A DNA stretch of 64,000 nucleotides. It comes from Mobula birostris (lineage: Eukaryota). This document shows, piece after piece, positions 1-12,401 of this stretch. A model generated the notes under the pieces. The model ran no database searches, was not told the DNA's origin, and saw nothing but the letters and a program-made list of their open reading frames with translations. Location of the stretch: assembly GCF_030028105.1 (NCBI RefSeq), contig NC_092399.1, forward strand, positions 13,330,001 through 13,394,000, read 5' to 3'. The translations under genes and the position numbers were made by a program. How positions within the stretch are numbered: the stretch's first letter is position 1; each line of letters starts with the position of its first letter.

Positions 1-344
1 GCCAGCGGTGTTACGGGTAGTAAGTAAATAAGAAGGGGGTGATGGGAAGTAGGCAGTTACTAAATAGGACAGAATGTAAGAAGTTGATAATAGAGCAAAA
101 GGTTTTTATACAGAAGGTTCAGTTTGTTAATAACCAATGCCGAAGGTAGGAGGAAGGTAACTGTGGCTGAAAAAGACATTGCTAAGGAAAATTGGGTACA
201 ATGCTTCTTTGGAGATTGAAATGCAAGTAGTCTATAATTGAGCAATTGTACAACAACATTAATTTTAGATTACGTGTTCAACATATACACATCCAATTCA
301 ATACTGATGCAGTGAAACACAATAGTGACAGCTCAGGTGGAAGC

Positions 345-785
345 TGTCACGGTGTGCCCTCGCAGGACTGGACCCAAGTGCAGAAGAATGGCAGACACTC
401 TCTCTGTCCCGGAGGTCACTGGCACCAGCTCAACCTAGGAGCAGCGGACAGCGGGCTCACGACTCGACCGAGGAGCAGAGGAACAGCAGAATCCCCAGGA
501 AGAGACAGAAACAAGAGGTTAAGCATAGGAATACCAACAGAGCATCTGAGAGACACCACGAGACAAATCCTTCTCTATAACACGGTAGGACTCTGCTAAA
601 GAGCTAACTAGAGACCCCCTTAAGTAATCGTAGAATAGGGGAAACACATGCCAGTCACAATTAACTAGACAAGATTCAACTGAAAGCACAAGTACTTAAC
701 GGCTCTAGTTAAGATAACAGGTGCTCGAGGAACCTAGAAGATCAATGTTCTACAGCAAGCTGTAGAAGCCCACAGGCTCATGACA
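345..785. mobile_element. Solo LTR of an LTR retrotransposon (Gypsy-like)
   Basis: Starts TGTCACG, ends CATGACA (TG...CA, short inverted termini). Flanked by near-identical 5-bp TSD GAAGC (340-344) / GAACC (786-790). No coding region. Confidence 0.7.
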
Positions 786-2081
786 GAACCACAACACAAA
801 CCCAATCAAACACAGAAGGATGCTTCAAGTCACACTGATTTTGAAGTGGTTAAGTACATTGCCAGGTGAAGTGATTTCACTCTGACTCATCCTCATTGTG
901 TAATACTGAAACATGGATGAAGATTTTAAGATATATTCTTTCTCTCCCCATTCCATCATTTTAATAGGCAATACTTGGTCTTTCGGTTATTAGCAGGTAG
1001 CATGTGAAAAGACAATCCTAACAAGATGCACATAGTAGAAAGTTGTCCACTCCACCCCTCTCTAACACCCTCCCTGTTACTCATGCTTAGCTCTGTAATT
1101 TAATGGGGATGCTATAAAAAGCATAAGTTTTAAAGGAAAAAAGAGTAATCTTCAGAGCACAGATGCATCCAAGTTATCCAGTGTTGAAAGATTGTCGCTG
1201 TCCAATATTTCAGCATTTTCTGTTGACGCCAAATATCTTTTCTTTTAATTCACTCTTTAAGATATGAGCATTGTTAGCAAAATCACATTGCTCTTGACAA
1301 GGTTGTGGATTGTGTTTCTGATCCACTTCAGTCCTTCTGTTGTTGACAACCCAGTAACACTACTGGGTAAGCAGTTGTAGGATATAGCAAACCTGACAAC
1401 GAGAAAGAGATAGTAACATTTACAAACCTCAATGAAATGTAACATGGGGGGGGTGGGTACTGCAGGTGGGGGCATCACTGTACGTTTGTCAAATGCAGCA
1501 GAAGAAAGCAGCTATTGGATTTGGATTAAAAGGAAAGACAACAACTGGGCTACAAGATGAAGACAGGAGGGTATGGAACTGAGGGGGGTGTATCTGGGAC
1601 AGCAGGTAGCACCGTTGAGCCCTCTGGAGACGTCGTGGGCTTATCAACGAAACATCATAGAAGGAAGGTGCCCACCTGATGACCCCGATGACGTACCTAC
1701 CCTCCCTCCTTGTCACCACTCCAAACCCACTGCCAACATCGAGAGTGCCAACTTACCATAGGGATTGAAACATCAAGTCCTAGCAGATCTACTGAAGCTA
1801 TTGCCTGTTTTAGTGATAGAGACCATGGGTTAAGTAGGCACTATTGGTGTGTTGATTTTGGAGGGGAAGAAGAATGTCACAATAATGCAGTTCATTTGTA
1901 GTCACATCAAGGGCCTTAGTCTTTTATCTTGAATTATTTTAGTATTGTGCACCAGCATTTTTCTACAGGCAGCACTGGCTCAATTCATTACTTTAATTGG
2001 TCACTACCCAGGACTTCCTCATTAAATTTTCTTCTGCTTCCTTGTCCAGCTGGTCAGTGTTCATGGATTGAACATGTAAAA

Positions 2082-2161
2082 CAGGGGTTCCCAACCTCGG
2101 GCCAGCGGACCCCTCGGTTAATGGTAAGGGTCCATGGTATAAAAAAGTTTGGGAACCCCTG
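2082..2161. mobile_element. 80-bp hAT (Charlie-like) MITE
   Basis: TIRs CAGGGGTTCCCAA...TTGGGAACCCCTG; degenerate 8-bp flanks ATGTAAAA/CTGTAGAG; related copies at 20111 and 56606. Confidence 0.7.
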
Positions 2162-2589
2162 CTGTAGAGCAAGCCAAACCACAGTGGATTTGCCAGGCAT
2201 GCAGCAAGCTCATGTGAGTCTTTAGATGATCTGCTAAATCTCCCCAATCAAAGAGATTCAGAACAGAGAGTTCCTAAATCTACCTCAGTACATTTCTATA
2301 ATATTAATATAACAATATTCATTAATATATTAATATTAAACAACTTTACTGGAAAAGAAAGCATACTTTCTGATACCCATCTTAAACCATTTTACTGGAA
2401 AAGAAAGCACGCTTTGTGCTAACAATCTCCAGAGGGCAGTGAATAGCCTTGCATTCAGTGACAAGAACTGCCAGTTGCTTAGTGATGTGTGAGCAGATTG
2501 GAATGACGATATTATTTGCTGAGTTTCACGAACTAATACTTGTAAAATTGACAACTGAGTTCTTCAAAGCTGAGAATATGCAATCTGTT

Positions 2590-2860
2590 GAATCAGAATC
2601 AGATTTTTAAATCACTGACCTATGATGTGTAATTTGCTGTGTTGGGGCAACAGTGCAGTGCAAAGACATAAGACTCTATAAATTACCAAAATAAATAAAT
2701 AGTGCCCAAAAAAAGGTACAATCAGAAGTGTTCACGGGTTCATAGTAACCAGATAGCGGAGGGGAAGAAACTGTTCTCAAATCATTGGGTGCTGGTCTTC
2801 AGGCTGCCGTAACTCCTCGCCGATGTTAACAAGAAGAGAGCATGTCACAGATAGTGAGCT
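2590..2860 (-). mobile_element. 3' fragment of a Rex1/L2-like LINE
   Basis: (AATCAG)n tail followed by GGGGAAGAAACTGTTC...GTCTTCAGGCT, the antisense of a LINE ORF2 C-terminus and 3' UTR that recurs in the window. Confidence 0.5.
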
Positions 2861-2914
2861 GCTTTGTTATTTGATGACTAACGAGCTTCAACTCCTTTAG
2901 TTGTGTTCTTGTTC

Positions 2915-3125
2915 TGAGGCTGTCAGACGTGGATTCAGGTCCCATTCCGGATACTTGGGCAGTAGCTCAATGCAACATGGAGAGTTAATGCTCTGTGGAT
3001 GAGCCACCTTCGTAATGTGACGCTTAAAACAAGGGCTTGTCTGTCCTCCCAGAGACACATTACAGATTCTGGGGCACTGTTCAAAAAATGAGAAAAAGAA
3101 ACGTCCTAAGATTCTTGGCCAATCT
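2915..3125 (+). mobile_element. Old Deu-core SINE (SacSINE1/AmnSINE-like)
   Basis: B-box-like GGATTCAGGTCCC followed by a degenerate match to the Deu-SINE body (GTGACGCTTAAAACAAGGGCTTGTCTGTCCTC...GGCACTGTTC), compared from memory. Confidence 0.5.
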
Positions 3126-3926
3126 TCATTTAACAGATTGTTTGATCTCATGCAAAACACACAAGAAGCTGCAGGAACTCAGTAGGTCAGGCAGCATCCA
3201 GGGAAATGAACTAACAGTCAACATTTCGGGCCAAGATGCTTCTACAGGGCTGGAAAGGAAGAGGGAAGATGCCAGAATAAAAAGGTAGGGGTGGGGGAAG
3301 GAGGACTGATGGAAGGTGATGGGGAAGCCAGGTGGATAGGAAAGGTAAGGGGCTGCTGAGGAAGGAATATGATATGAGAGGAGAGTCGACCATAGGAGAA
3401 GGGGAAAGAGGAGGGCATCCAGGGGGAGGTGATCGGCAGGTGAGAAGAGGTGGGAGATCAGAGTGGGGAATAGAGGAAGAGGGGAGAGGGCGGGAGATGT
3501 TTTTTACTGGAAAGAGAAATCGATATTCATCCCATCAGGTTGGAGGCTAGCCAGACAGAATATAATGTGTTCTTCTCCACCCTGAGGATAGCCTTATCAC
3601 GGCACAAGAGCAAGCCATGGACCGACATGCCGGAACGTGAATGGGAATCTGAAGTAAAATGTTGGGCCACCGGCAGGTTCTGCTTTTGGTGAACAGAGTG
3701 GAGGTGCTCGACAAAGCGGCCCCCCAGTTTATGACGGGCGTCACCAACGTAGAGGAGGCTGCATCGGGAGCGGCAGACACAATAAGCAACCCCAACAGAT
3801 TCGCAGGTGAATTGCTGCCTCACCTGGAAGGAGTGTTTGGGGTCCTGAATGGAGGTGAGAGAGGAGGTGAATGGGTAGGTGTAGCAGGAATAAGTGCTGG
3901 GAGGGAGATTTGTGAGAAGGGGTGAA

Positions 3927-4222
3927 TTTTATTTTATTTTATCTTATTTAGGTACAGCACAGAGTTGGTCCTTCTAGCCCTTCAGCTTCGTCACCCAGCA
4001 ACCTCTGATTTAACCCTAGCCTAATCATGGGACATTTTACAATGACCAATGAACCTACCAACCGGTATGTCTTTGGGTTGTGGGAGGAAACTGGAGCACC
4101 CAGAGAAAACCCGTGCGGTCACGGGGGAACGTATAAACTCTCTACAGACAACAACGGGAATTGAACCTGGGTCAACTGTACTGTAAAGCGTTGTGCTAAC
4201 CACTACGCTACCATACCACCCC
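3927..4222 (-). mobile_element. tRNA-derived V-SINE (HE1-like)
   Basis: On the minus strand: A/B-box tRNA head (GGTAGCGTAGTGGTTAG...GGTTCAATTCCC), V core (GGGTTTTCTCTGGGTGCTCCAGTTTCCTCCCACA), CR1-like 3' end and (TAAAA)n tail. Confidence 0.85.
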
Positions 4223-4513
4223 AACTGGACAGTGGAATCATGGAGAGAGCAATCCCTGTGGAAAGTGTGTGGGGGGGGGGAGGTAAAGATGTGTTTGGTG
4301 GTAGGATTCCTTTGGAGATGGCTGAAGTTGCGGAGTGTGGTGTGTTGGATGTGGAGGCTGAAGGGGGGATAGCTTAGGACAAGAGGAACTCTTATCACTG
4401 TTAAGGCAGCAGGAAGGTGGGGTGAGTGGGGAATGGAGGAGATGCAGGTGAGGGCAGCATCAACGGTGGAGGAAGGGAAACCCCGTACTTTGAAAAAGAA
4501 GGATATCTCTGAT

Positions 4514-5452
4514 GTCATAGTCATAGTCATAGTCGTAGTCATATTTTATTGATCCCGGGGGAGATTGGTTTTCATTACAATTGCACCATAAATAATAAAT
4601 AGTCATTGAACCATAAATAGTTAAATAGTAGTATGTAAATTATGCCAGTAAATTATGAAGTAAGTCCAGGACCAGCCTATTGCCTCAGGGTGTCTGACCC
4701 TCCAAGGGAGGAGCTGTAAAGTTTGATGGCCACAGGCAGGAATGACCTCCTATGACGCTCTGTGCTGCATCTTGGAGGAATGAGTCTCTGGCTGAATGTA
4801 CTCCTGTGCCCACCCAGTACATTATGTAGTGGATGGGAGACATTGACCAAGATGGCATGCAACTTAGACAGCATCCTCTTTTCAGACACCACCGTGAGAG
4901 AGTCCAGTTCCATCCCCACAACATCACTGGCCTTACGAATGAGTTTGTTGATTCTATTGGTGTCTGCTACCCTCAGCCTGCTGCCCCAGCACACAACAGC
5001 AAACATGATAGCACTGGCCACCACAGACTCGTAGAACATCCTCAGCATTGTCCGGCAGATGTTAAAGGACCTCAGTCTCCTCGGGAAATAGAGACAGCTC
5101 TAACCCTTCTTGTAGACAGCCTCAGTGTTCTTTGACCAGTCCAGTTTATTGTCAATTCGTATCCCCAGGTATTTGTAATCCTCCACCATGCCCACACTGA
5201 CCCCCTGGATGGAAACAGGGGTCACCGGTACCTTACCTTTCCTCAGGTCTACCACCAGCTCCTTAGTCTTTTTCACGTTAAGCTGCAGATAATTCTGCTC
5301 ACACCATGTGACAAAGTTTCCTACCGTAGCCCTGTACTCAGCCTCATCTCCCTTGCTGATGCATCCAACTATGGCAGAGTCATCAGAAAACTTCTGAAGA
5401 TGACAAGACTCTGTGCAGTAGTTGAAGTCCGAGGTGTAAATGGTGAAGAGAA
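4514..5452 (-). mobile_element. Rex1/Babar-like LINE, 5'-truncated (RT C-terminus)
   Basis: ORFs 5100-5471 (LQKFSDDSAIVG, LNVKKTKELVVD, YKYLG) and 4677-5048; (GACTAT)n tail; closely similar copy at 29787-30742. Confidence 0.88.
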
Positions 5453-5498
5453 CACTCGTGGAAAGGAACACTCATCCTAGTAACAGGAAATGAGAAAA

Positions 5499-5746
5499 TC
5501 AAATCCAAACAACACGCACAGCACACACAAAATACTGGAGGAACTCAGCAGGCCTGGCAGCATCTGTGGAAAAAAGTACAGTCGATGATTCGTGCCGAGA
5601 CCCTTCGGCACGACGGCCCTGCCAAAGGGTCTCGGCCCGAAACGTCGACTGTACTTTTTTCCACAGATGCTGCCTGGCCAGCTGAGTTCCTCCAGTATTT
5701 TGTGTGTGTTGTTTGGATTTCCAGCATCTTCAGATTTTCTCTTGTT
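5499..5746. mobile_element. Fold-back (palindromic) Penelope pLTR pair with two degenerate hammerheads
   Basis: 5523-5607 is the near-perfect reverse complement of 5625-5709; possible TSD TGAGAAAA (5491-5498 / 5747-5754). Confidence 0.8.
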
Positions 5747-6057
5747 TGAGAAAAGAGAATACCATTTTTACCGGAAGCAGGATCGGAAGAGGTATGGTCA
5801 AGATAGCCGAGAGGAGAATGATGTGTTGTATGCGGAGGCTCATGGGGTTGATCTCATTGCTGTTTATTGAGCCTGCCCTGTGCAAATTGGATGCAATGCA
5901 TTTATTTTCAAAAAGTACTTAAATTGGCTGTGAACCTATATAAGAGTGTTTGCCTCCTTTGCTGACACCAGTTCCAATTCCAGCATCTACTGCTACTCTT
6001 AACAATAATCTTTTCAGCTCCTTTGAAGTAAGCCTGTCCCATGTTAAAATTTCATTA

Positions 6058-6225
6058 ATACAAGAGATTCTGCAGATGCTGAAAATCCAGAGTAACATTG
6101 ACAAAATGGTGGAGGAACTCAGCAGGTCAGAAGTCCAGATAAAGGGTCTTGGCCTGAAACATCAACTGTTTGTTCATTTCCAGAGATGATACCTAACCTG
6201 CTGAGTTCCTCCAGCATTTCGTATG
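6058..6225. mobile_element. Short fold-back Penelope pLTR derivative
   Basis: TGGAGGAACTCAGCAGGT ... ACCTGCTGAGTTCCTCCA arms around a degenerate hammerhead (6132-6168). Confidence 0.7.
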
Positions 6226-7394
6226 TTAATTTTACTTTTCATAATTTAACTTTCACTTACATTTTCATTATCTTCTCTGAAGTTATGTTTCTGGTGTGTT
6301 GGTAATGTTTAGCCACTTGCTGACTCTACCCCGTATCTTTGATATTGCCTTTGGTTGAGGCTTACATACTTTATCCATTAATAAGCATAGTTATAAAGTT
6401 GCTTTAAAAAAACAAAGAATGGCTTCAAATGGTGAAGAATGCTGAAGGGCTAAGGCATGTTAATGTTTTAGCTCAGAATGTAGTAACATGTTTGGTAGAT
6501 TGGTGAGATTTTGCCTTCACATCTGTTCTTTTAAAGTATTCTCTTGTGAATTAAATAATTGATAATGAATCTCATCGGGAGTACTGTTGCTGCACCTAAT
6601 CCAACGTGGTTGTTGTGATGTGAATGGAGTCAATGGAGAAACACTGAAGTTAGTGGATATATTCACCAAAAACAAGCAGCAGACATCATATTGAGACACT
6701 CTAGTAAGAAGAGGCCTCCCAACCCGATATTACATGACATTTTTATATGCTAAAGATCAAAGATGCTAAAGATCAAAGGTAACAGCAGGACAATTCTGTT
6801 GTTACAATGTACTGTATCTACAAGGCTTCCTTTAAATTATATATAGTTCTCAAAGATATCCTCCTTCACACCCACACACCAGACACTCAAAATGAATGTT
6901 AGTTCCCATTGACTTTCTCTCTCGATTCATGCATACGCAGACATGAAGTGATTGGGTGTTTCCTGGTTTGAAATCAACCCCAGTCTGTCGCTGCTGGGAG
7001 CCTTTTGCTCAGAGCTGCATTTTAAATTCAATCTGTAGTCCACAATCAAATCTGAAGACTGTTTGCTATATACCCTAACTCCAGAATATGCCTGAACAGT
7101 GGTGATGCTCCAGTACATTATCTACAAGGAGGTGGTGTTGTCAATCTCACCCATCAAGGTGGTCCACTGTGGGAAAAGTAGTAGGTCACTGCAGTCCACA
7201 GTCAAATGCCGACCAACGTCTGCTTGCTTCTTGTACAGCAATGGGGGAAATTTGAGTGAAATAACTCAGCCATCTTCTTGCATTGCAAATGAAGTATGCC
7301 ACTAAAATGTTCAGAGAGGAGGGGACAAAAAAATCACATTTAAAGCAGAAAGTAACAAAGTGAGGCATTGGGCCTGTTGTTGTTGGTTCTTTCC

Positions 7395-7555
7395 ACATCA
7401 TTTCTTTAGCATTGTCTGTTTTTTAACAAGACTGAGTTGCTGGCTCATCACTCTACCCAGCACGGATGGGATGCGTGCAAGGAGCCGGCTGGATTCAAAC
7501 GCGGGACCACTTGTCTCGAAATCCGGTGCAGATGCCACTACATCACTGGCCAGCT
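7395..7555 (-). mobile_element. tRNA-derived SINE
   Basis: Minus strand reads GCTGGCCAGTGATGTAGTGGCATCTGCACCGGA...GTTTGAATCC (A/B boxes); same family as 37307-38172. Confidence 0.7.
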
Positions 7556-8184
7556 AATTGGGCTTTTGGGAAAAAGTTAATAATCAACTCTGAATGAGAA
7601 TTAATGAAACTGATGAATAAAAAATTAATATATTCATTATTACGCAACCTCAGTTTAAATATTAGGTTTATTGTTTGCCATTGATTAGATAATTAGATAC
7701 AATTGCACGTAATTGAACATTTCTACATTTGACTTTTAGATCATTAGTACCTTCTAACAATTTGCATTTTAATGTGCTAACCAAAAACTCCTCTTCGCCA
7801 TTCCTGAATTTGACATTTAGCGTAGAGCCACTGAAATGGCTACACTAACCTATGCTTGAATTTTAACAATTGTATAAATTATGGGAGCGTAGTGAAAGAA
7901 TCACAGGTATAAATCTTGTAAACTAGTGCAAGAATACCCTTACGTACATTATAAGCAATACTTAACTGAACATGAAAAGTCAAGGAATTCTTAACATGAT
8001 TAACGTTACTAGAATTGGATAAAGATTCTGAAGGATATCGCTTTCAGGGGATGAGCACAGAAAGACGCTGGGGAATAACTTGGCATGTTATCCTCTTCCC
8101 ATAGTATTGCAAATCTTTTTAGCTCCAAATACTGTGTGTAAATGACTGATGTGAAAGAAAGTTTTCAAGATTTTTAGGCTATAA

Positions 8185-8963
8185 CACTGGACACTTTTTT
8201 TTGTTAAGTGTTGCTTCCTCAGAAATTTTCTTTTTGCTTATGATAGACTGCTTGAAGCTTAACACAAATATAATTTAGCCTATTTGTATCATGTAAGAAT
8301 TTGGAGAAACAAGAAATTAACAATTGAGTATAATGCATTTAATTGCCTAATGGTGCTGATGCTTTGCAATAGTTCAACTAAGCTAAAAATGTTTTGTTGG
8401 TGGTTTTCTTTTGCACTCAGTGTCTGAGGTTTCTTGCTTAAGTGTTCAACAATAATCAGCCAGCATTGATGGATTCCAGTTGCCCTAATACCGTTTCTCC
8501 ATGACCACAATGTCGTGGCGGAACTTTTCACCATGCTTGTTACTGATAGCGCCAGGATTTGCAGGGAAGAATTCTAAATGGGAATGCAGAAAATGAATCT
8601 TTAGTAACATGTTGTACTTCATGGTTTTGTATGCTTGAAGCATGTTGTCAACCAGCTGCGGTAGTTTGTGATTCTGTAGTTGCCAAGAAGATTTTCAACA
8701 ACTTCCTTGAACGCCTTCCATGCAATTTTCTCCGGTCCCACTAGACTTTCTTCGCATTGCCTGTCATTGATGACCTGTTCGATTTGTGGATCAACAAAAG
8801 TGCCTTCCCTAATCTTGGCATCAGTTATTCTGACTTGAATTATGAATTGAAATAACAAACATTGGTAATTTCAACAAAATAGTGCATGCTTGGGAAATTT
8901 TATGGCTATTTTCATAAGATACATCCAAAATTATTCAGAAAGCAAAATTTTTGTTGTCCAGTG
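8185..8963 (-). mobile_element. Internally deleted Chapaev3-type (CMC) DNA transposon with transposase remnant
   Basis: TIRs CACTGGACA...TGTCCAGTG flanked by TAA/TTA. Minus-strand peptides ITDAKIREGTFVDPQI...AWKAFKEVVENLLGNYR and MLLKIHFLHSHLEFFPANPGAISNKHGEKFRHDIVVMEKRY match the Chapaev3 LKIHFLHSHLDFFP...GERFHQDI motif. Confidence 0.78.
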
Positions 8964-10649
8964 TTATTACCTGCAGACATTTTACTAATCTGTTAGTCTC
9001 CACCCTGCTCACTTCTTTGTGTTCAGTGCTAATAATTCTTTTAATGATGTTTGGAGATGATGCCAAATCAGTTATTTAATTTGAGTTCTCCTCTGTTCAT
9101 TTTACAACAGCTTGTCCTGGCATTGATGCCACAAGATAATAAATGGAAATGTGATTAATTAAAGCCAGATGAATTTGCTTTGCATCACTTGTTTCTCAAT
9201 GTTGTGATGTTTTTTTTTTCTCTCACCCTGCAAGGGTAGTACACTCAATTTCAAAAAGTAAGTGACACAATTAATTCTGTAGGCATATCTGAAAAGACCT
9301 TGGGGCACATTTTCCCTTTGTGTATGAATATTTATGAGTTGTTTTGAAAGCAGTGTGTACCATGACTTTGAGGAGTGCTTCCATCTGAAAATTAGCAAGG
9401 AGAAAAGAGAGAATATTTTAACTCCATAAGTTCTTGTTCACGAGAAACCCTTTAATGGGTTTAACGGGGGGGGGGTCAAGCAGAGGAGGGAAAATGAAAA
9501 ACATTTAGTTCAGATTTGGCACTTCTCGGCTGATAGGAGTTTTCTGGCATAGACCATATACTGAAAATGCAGTGGACATATCTTATACTGCAGATTATGG
9601 AGGTTGGCAAGGATGCAGAGGTCATAGCAAGTACACCATTCACAGCACAAACTACCTCAGGCAGTGAAATGTGGCAAGAGAAACAGCTGCCTTGGCAACC
9701 TGAACTTTCCTTCTTGATAATATCAGTCCTGTAAAGTTACTTTGCAATGTTGTTCCCTTAACTTGTTGCGCATACTTGGACTGTGAAATTTCTACTGGAT
9801 TTCCAGATTCTCTGAGTTGTGAGCACAGAGGCCACGTTATCTGCTTGGTGTCACATACAAGCTGCTTCTTGAACATGTTTATGGACTTTCCCCCAGGGTC
9901 AAAAGGGTCATGTCATGGCTTCAGGTAGAGGCCCTTTTTGCAAGCACTTGCATGGGAAATCAACTTTGCATGAGGCTGGCTCCTGGGGATTTTCCTAGCG
10001 CTGCCAAAGGCTTCGCTAATTTAAAAAGTCTAGCAAGAAGATACATTCATTTTAGTTGTTTATAAGAAGTAATGCGTGCAGCGAAAATTCGGTTACCCAG
10101 CAGGCTGTAATAACCGGCTGAACAACTTCGCTGAGTGGAGGGGGTTGGGGTGTGGCGGTAGGCAGCTCGAGGGAATGGTTAAGCTGACTCCTAGTAAATG
10201 AGAAGTTCTGATTATCTGCTACCTGTCAAGTCAGGTACGTGCTGGATGATGGTACTTTTGCGGGGTTTTCATTTAATTAATTGTAAGTATAGTTCCACGA
10301 GACATTAATAAAAATGGATAATAAATTAAACAGAAGATGTCAGCCTTTAAAATGGTGTTTTGAGGATTGCTGCTGGCTACTTGAAGCCTGGAAGTGTTCA
10401 TTAAAAAAGTTAATGTACAGAATTGTATTAAAGCAACTGTAATGCAAAATACCATACATTGCAAAAAAAACTCGCAATTTAAATTTGAGTTTCGAAAAAC
10501 AAACAATATATAAAATTAATTATGACCTAATGAAAAACTCAGTGATTCCATCATCATTATTAAGTGCATACCATTGGTAGTCTGGGGGGAATAGTTATAC
10601 TAATGACCAGAAACATAACTAGAATAGTTACATATGTTATTTGGCTACT

Positions 10650-11170
10650 TGAGCAGATTAGGGGCTGGATATTCCATGGTGAGTAGGTCATGTCCTAACT
10701 CCCAAAGCCTTTCTTGCATCTACAAGGCGTGTGAAGGTTGTGATGGAATATTGCCCAGTTGCCTTGATGATTGTAGCTCTAATGATCAAGAAACTCAATG
10801 CCATCCAGATCAAAGTAACCCACATGAGTAAAACTTCAGCCACCACATTAGTCATTTTCCCCTGTGCCACATGACTGCTGTGTGCTGCAGAAACTTGCCA
10901 AAATTTCTTTGGTAGCACATCACAAACCTGTGACCTGCTGCCTTAGCAGGACCTGTAGAATAGATACAGGGCACCATCTGACTGTTTATTTCTGAAGTCA
11001 TACACCATTCTGATTCAGATGTGTAAATTAATTGCCATTCTTACAAAGCTGCTAAGTTAAAATCCTGGAGTTTGCTATGTAGGCGGCATGATTAGAATAC
11101 CTCCATTTCACGGACAGCTATGTGTCGTAAGGTAGCTTATAAAGGGTTTTCAGTGTTGGGCAATAAAGAG
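10650..11170 (+). mobile_element. Old CR1/L2-group LINE 3' fragment
   Basis: Degenerate ATCTACAAGGC...GTGATGGAATATTGCCCA (IYKA...VMEY.P), ending GGGCAATAAA. Confidence 0.5.
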
Positions 11171-12044
11171 CAACAATAAATTAATTAAAATGATTGTGAT
11201 AATTGATTTATAGACTTAGATAATTTTTGTAAACATTGTATAGCTTTATTTTAATTGTAACCTTGGTTTATCTTGCTTTGCCAGACAACAGCACACTGTT
11301 TTTACTTTGCAAGTAGTCAGACAAGCATTTTACTAAAGTGCCTTTATGGGCTCCAAGTAAAATGAGGTACTGTTACCAAGGCACATCAGCAGGTAGCAAA
11401 GAACCCTGCAGAATGTTTCACTCAATGAATCTTATTTATTTTTTATTGCACTTTCCTTGGTTGTTAGAAGGCAGAAAATACATCAGTGAATGATCTGTGA
11501 ATTCTCATTCTATGCAGAACCAAAGGTTGGCTTCAGTTATAGAGTTCATGACTTCAGGCAATCATTTGGTCATCAGGCGTGCAGGCAGTGTATTCTCAGT
11601 GCTTGTTCCAGACAATTCTATGATACTTTATAATGCCTAAATAATTGGATTCTGTTTCTGATTTGGAAGACCAGAATGGTGTGGGAACACTACACATTTT
11701 ACCAAAACTTTTCTTTGTGCGATTACCATAATTATGGTTTGATTTGCAGAACTTGTTAACACTTGAAATCCTTATATTAGCTCCCTCCTTCATATTGGTT
11801 CAAGATAACCATGTTATCTTCTCAACCTCAATTAAGATAATCAAATTAATTGCACGTTTGCACTTTCATATTTTATAAAATAAAATCATCCTTTTTTTAT
11901 TATTTTCAAAACCAGCATCTAATATTTTAATGGTTGTGTAGTAGGTGCTGGTGAAGATGCTCCATAGTGCAAACTTTCTCCGATGCTGATTTATTACTGA
12001 TGAAGCAACTTTATAGAAGCTAAACTAAGATAAAAGCAAGGAAA

Positions 12045-12400
12045 TAATTTATATGTACAGAATGTCTTTCACAGCATGTTATGAGCTGCTTCAAAGCCAG
12101 TGAAATACTTTGAAAGTACAGTTAGCTTTTATAATGAAGGGCAATGTGGCCACCAATTTCTGTGTAACATGGTCCCATGAACATCACCAAGGTAATTGAC
12201 CAGAAAATTGTGTTGCTAAGGTTGTTGAGATTAAATGTCAGCCGGCATACCGAGCAAATTCTTCTCCTTTCTTCAGCCCTTGGATATTTTGTTCATATGA
12301 AGGGATAGGCAGGAACTTAGCAAAGTGTCTCACTTTACATATCTGGATATTTACATTGAAATGGGCAACAGAAACAGAGAGAGTTTGGCAAACTACTCCT
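12045..12400 (-). mobile_element. Old Deu-core SINE
   Basis: Antisense Deu-SINE body (GCCAGTGAAATACTTTGAAAGT...GGCCACCAATTT...TGACCAGAAAATTG). Confidence 0.55.
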
Positions 12401-12401
12401 A

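Larger units (their letters stand above)
3153..5490 (-). mobile_element. Penelope-like element 3' portion (decayed RT C-terminus, GIY-YIG, pLTR), interrupted by a V-SINE and a Rex1-like LINE
   Basis: ORF 3527-3823 (GVAYCVCRSRCSLLYVGDARHKLGGRFVEH) and ORF 4021-4542 (RGFPSSTVDAAL...VPLVLSYPP) match the 40416-42012 element; degenerate hammerhead at ~3215-3250. Confidence 0.85.

Noticed and set aside
1489-1901. Cluster of short ORFs in unique sequence
   Set aside because: All under 80 aa, with no motif or consistent splice structure.
2346-2409. 19-bp direct repeat TTTACTGGAAAAGAAAGCA
   Set aside because: Simple two-copy local duplication with no further structure.
4150-4222. tRNA-like sequences (also ~7490-7555, 28165-28235, 37307-37375)
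   Set aside because: SINE heads with degenerate cloverleaves fused to SINE cores, not tRNA genes.
4021-4542. 173-aa ORF starting MTTTMTMTMT
   Set aside because: Chimera of the Rex1 microsatellite tail, Penelope remnant and V-SINE.
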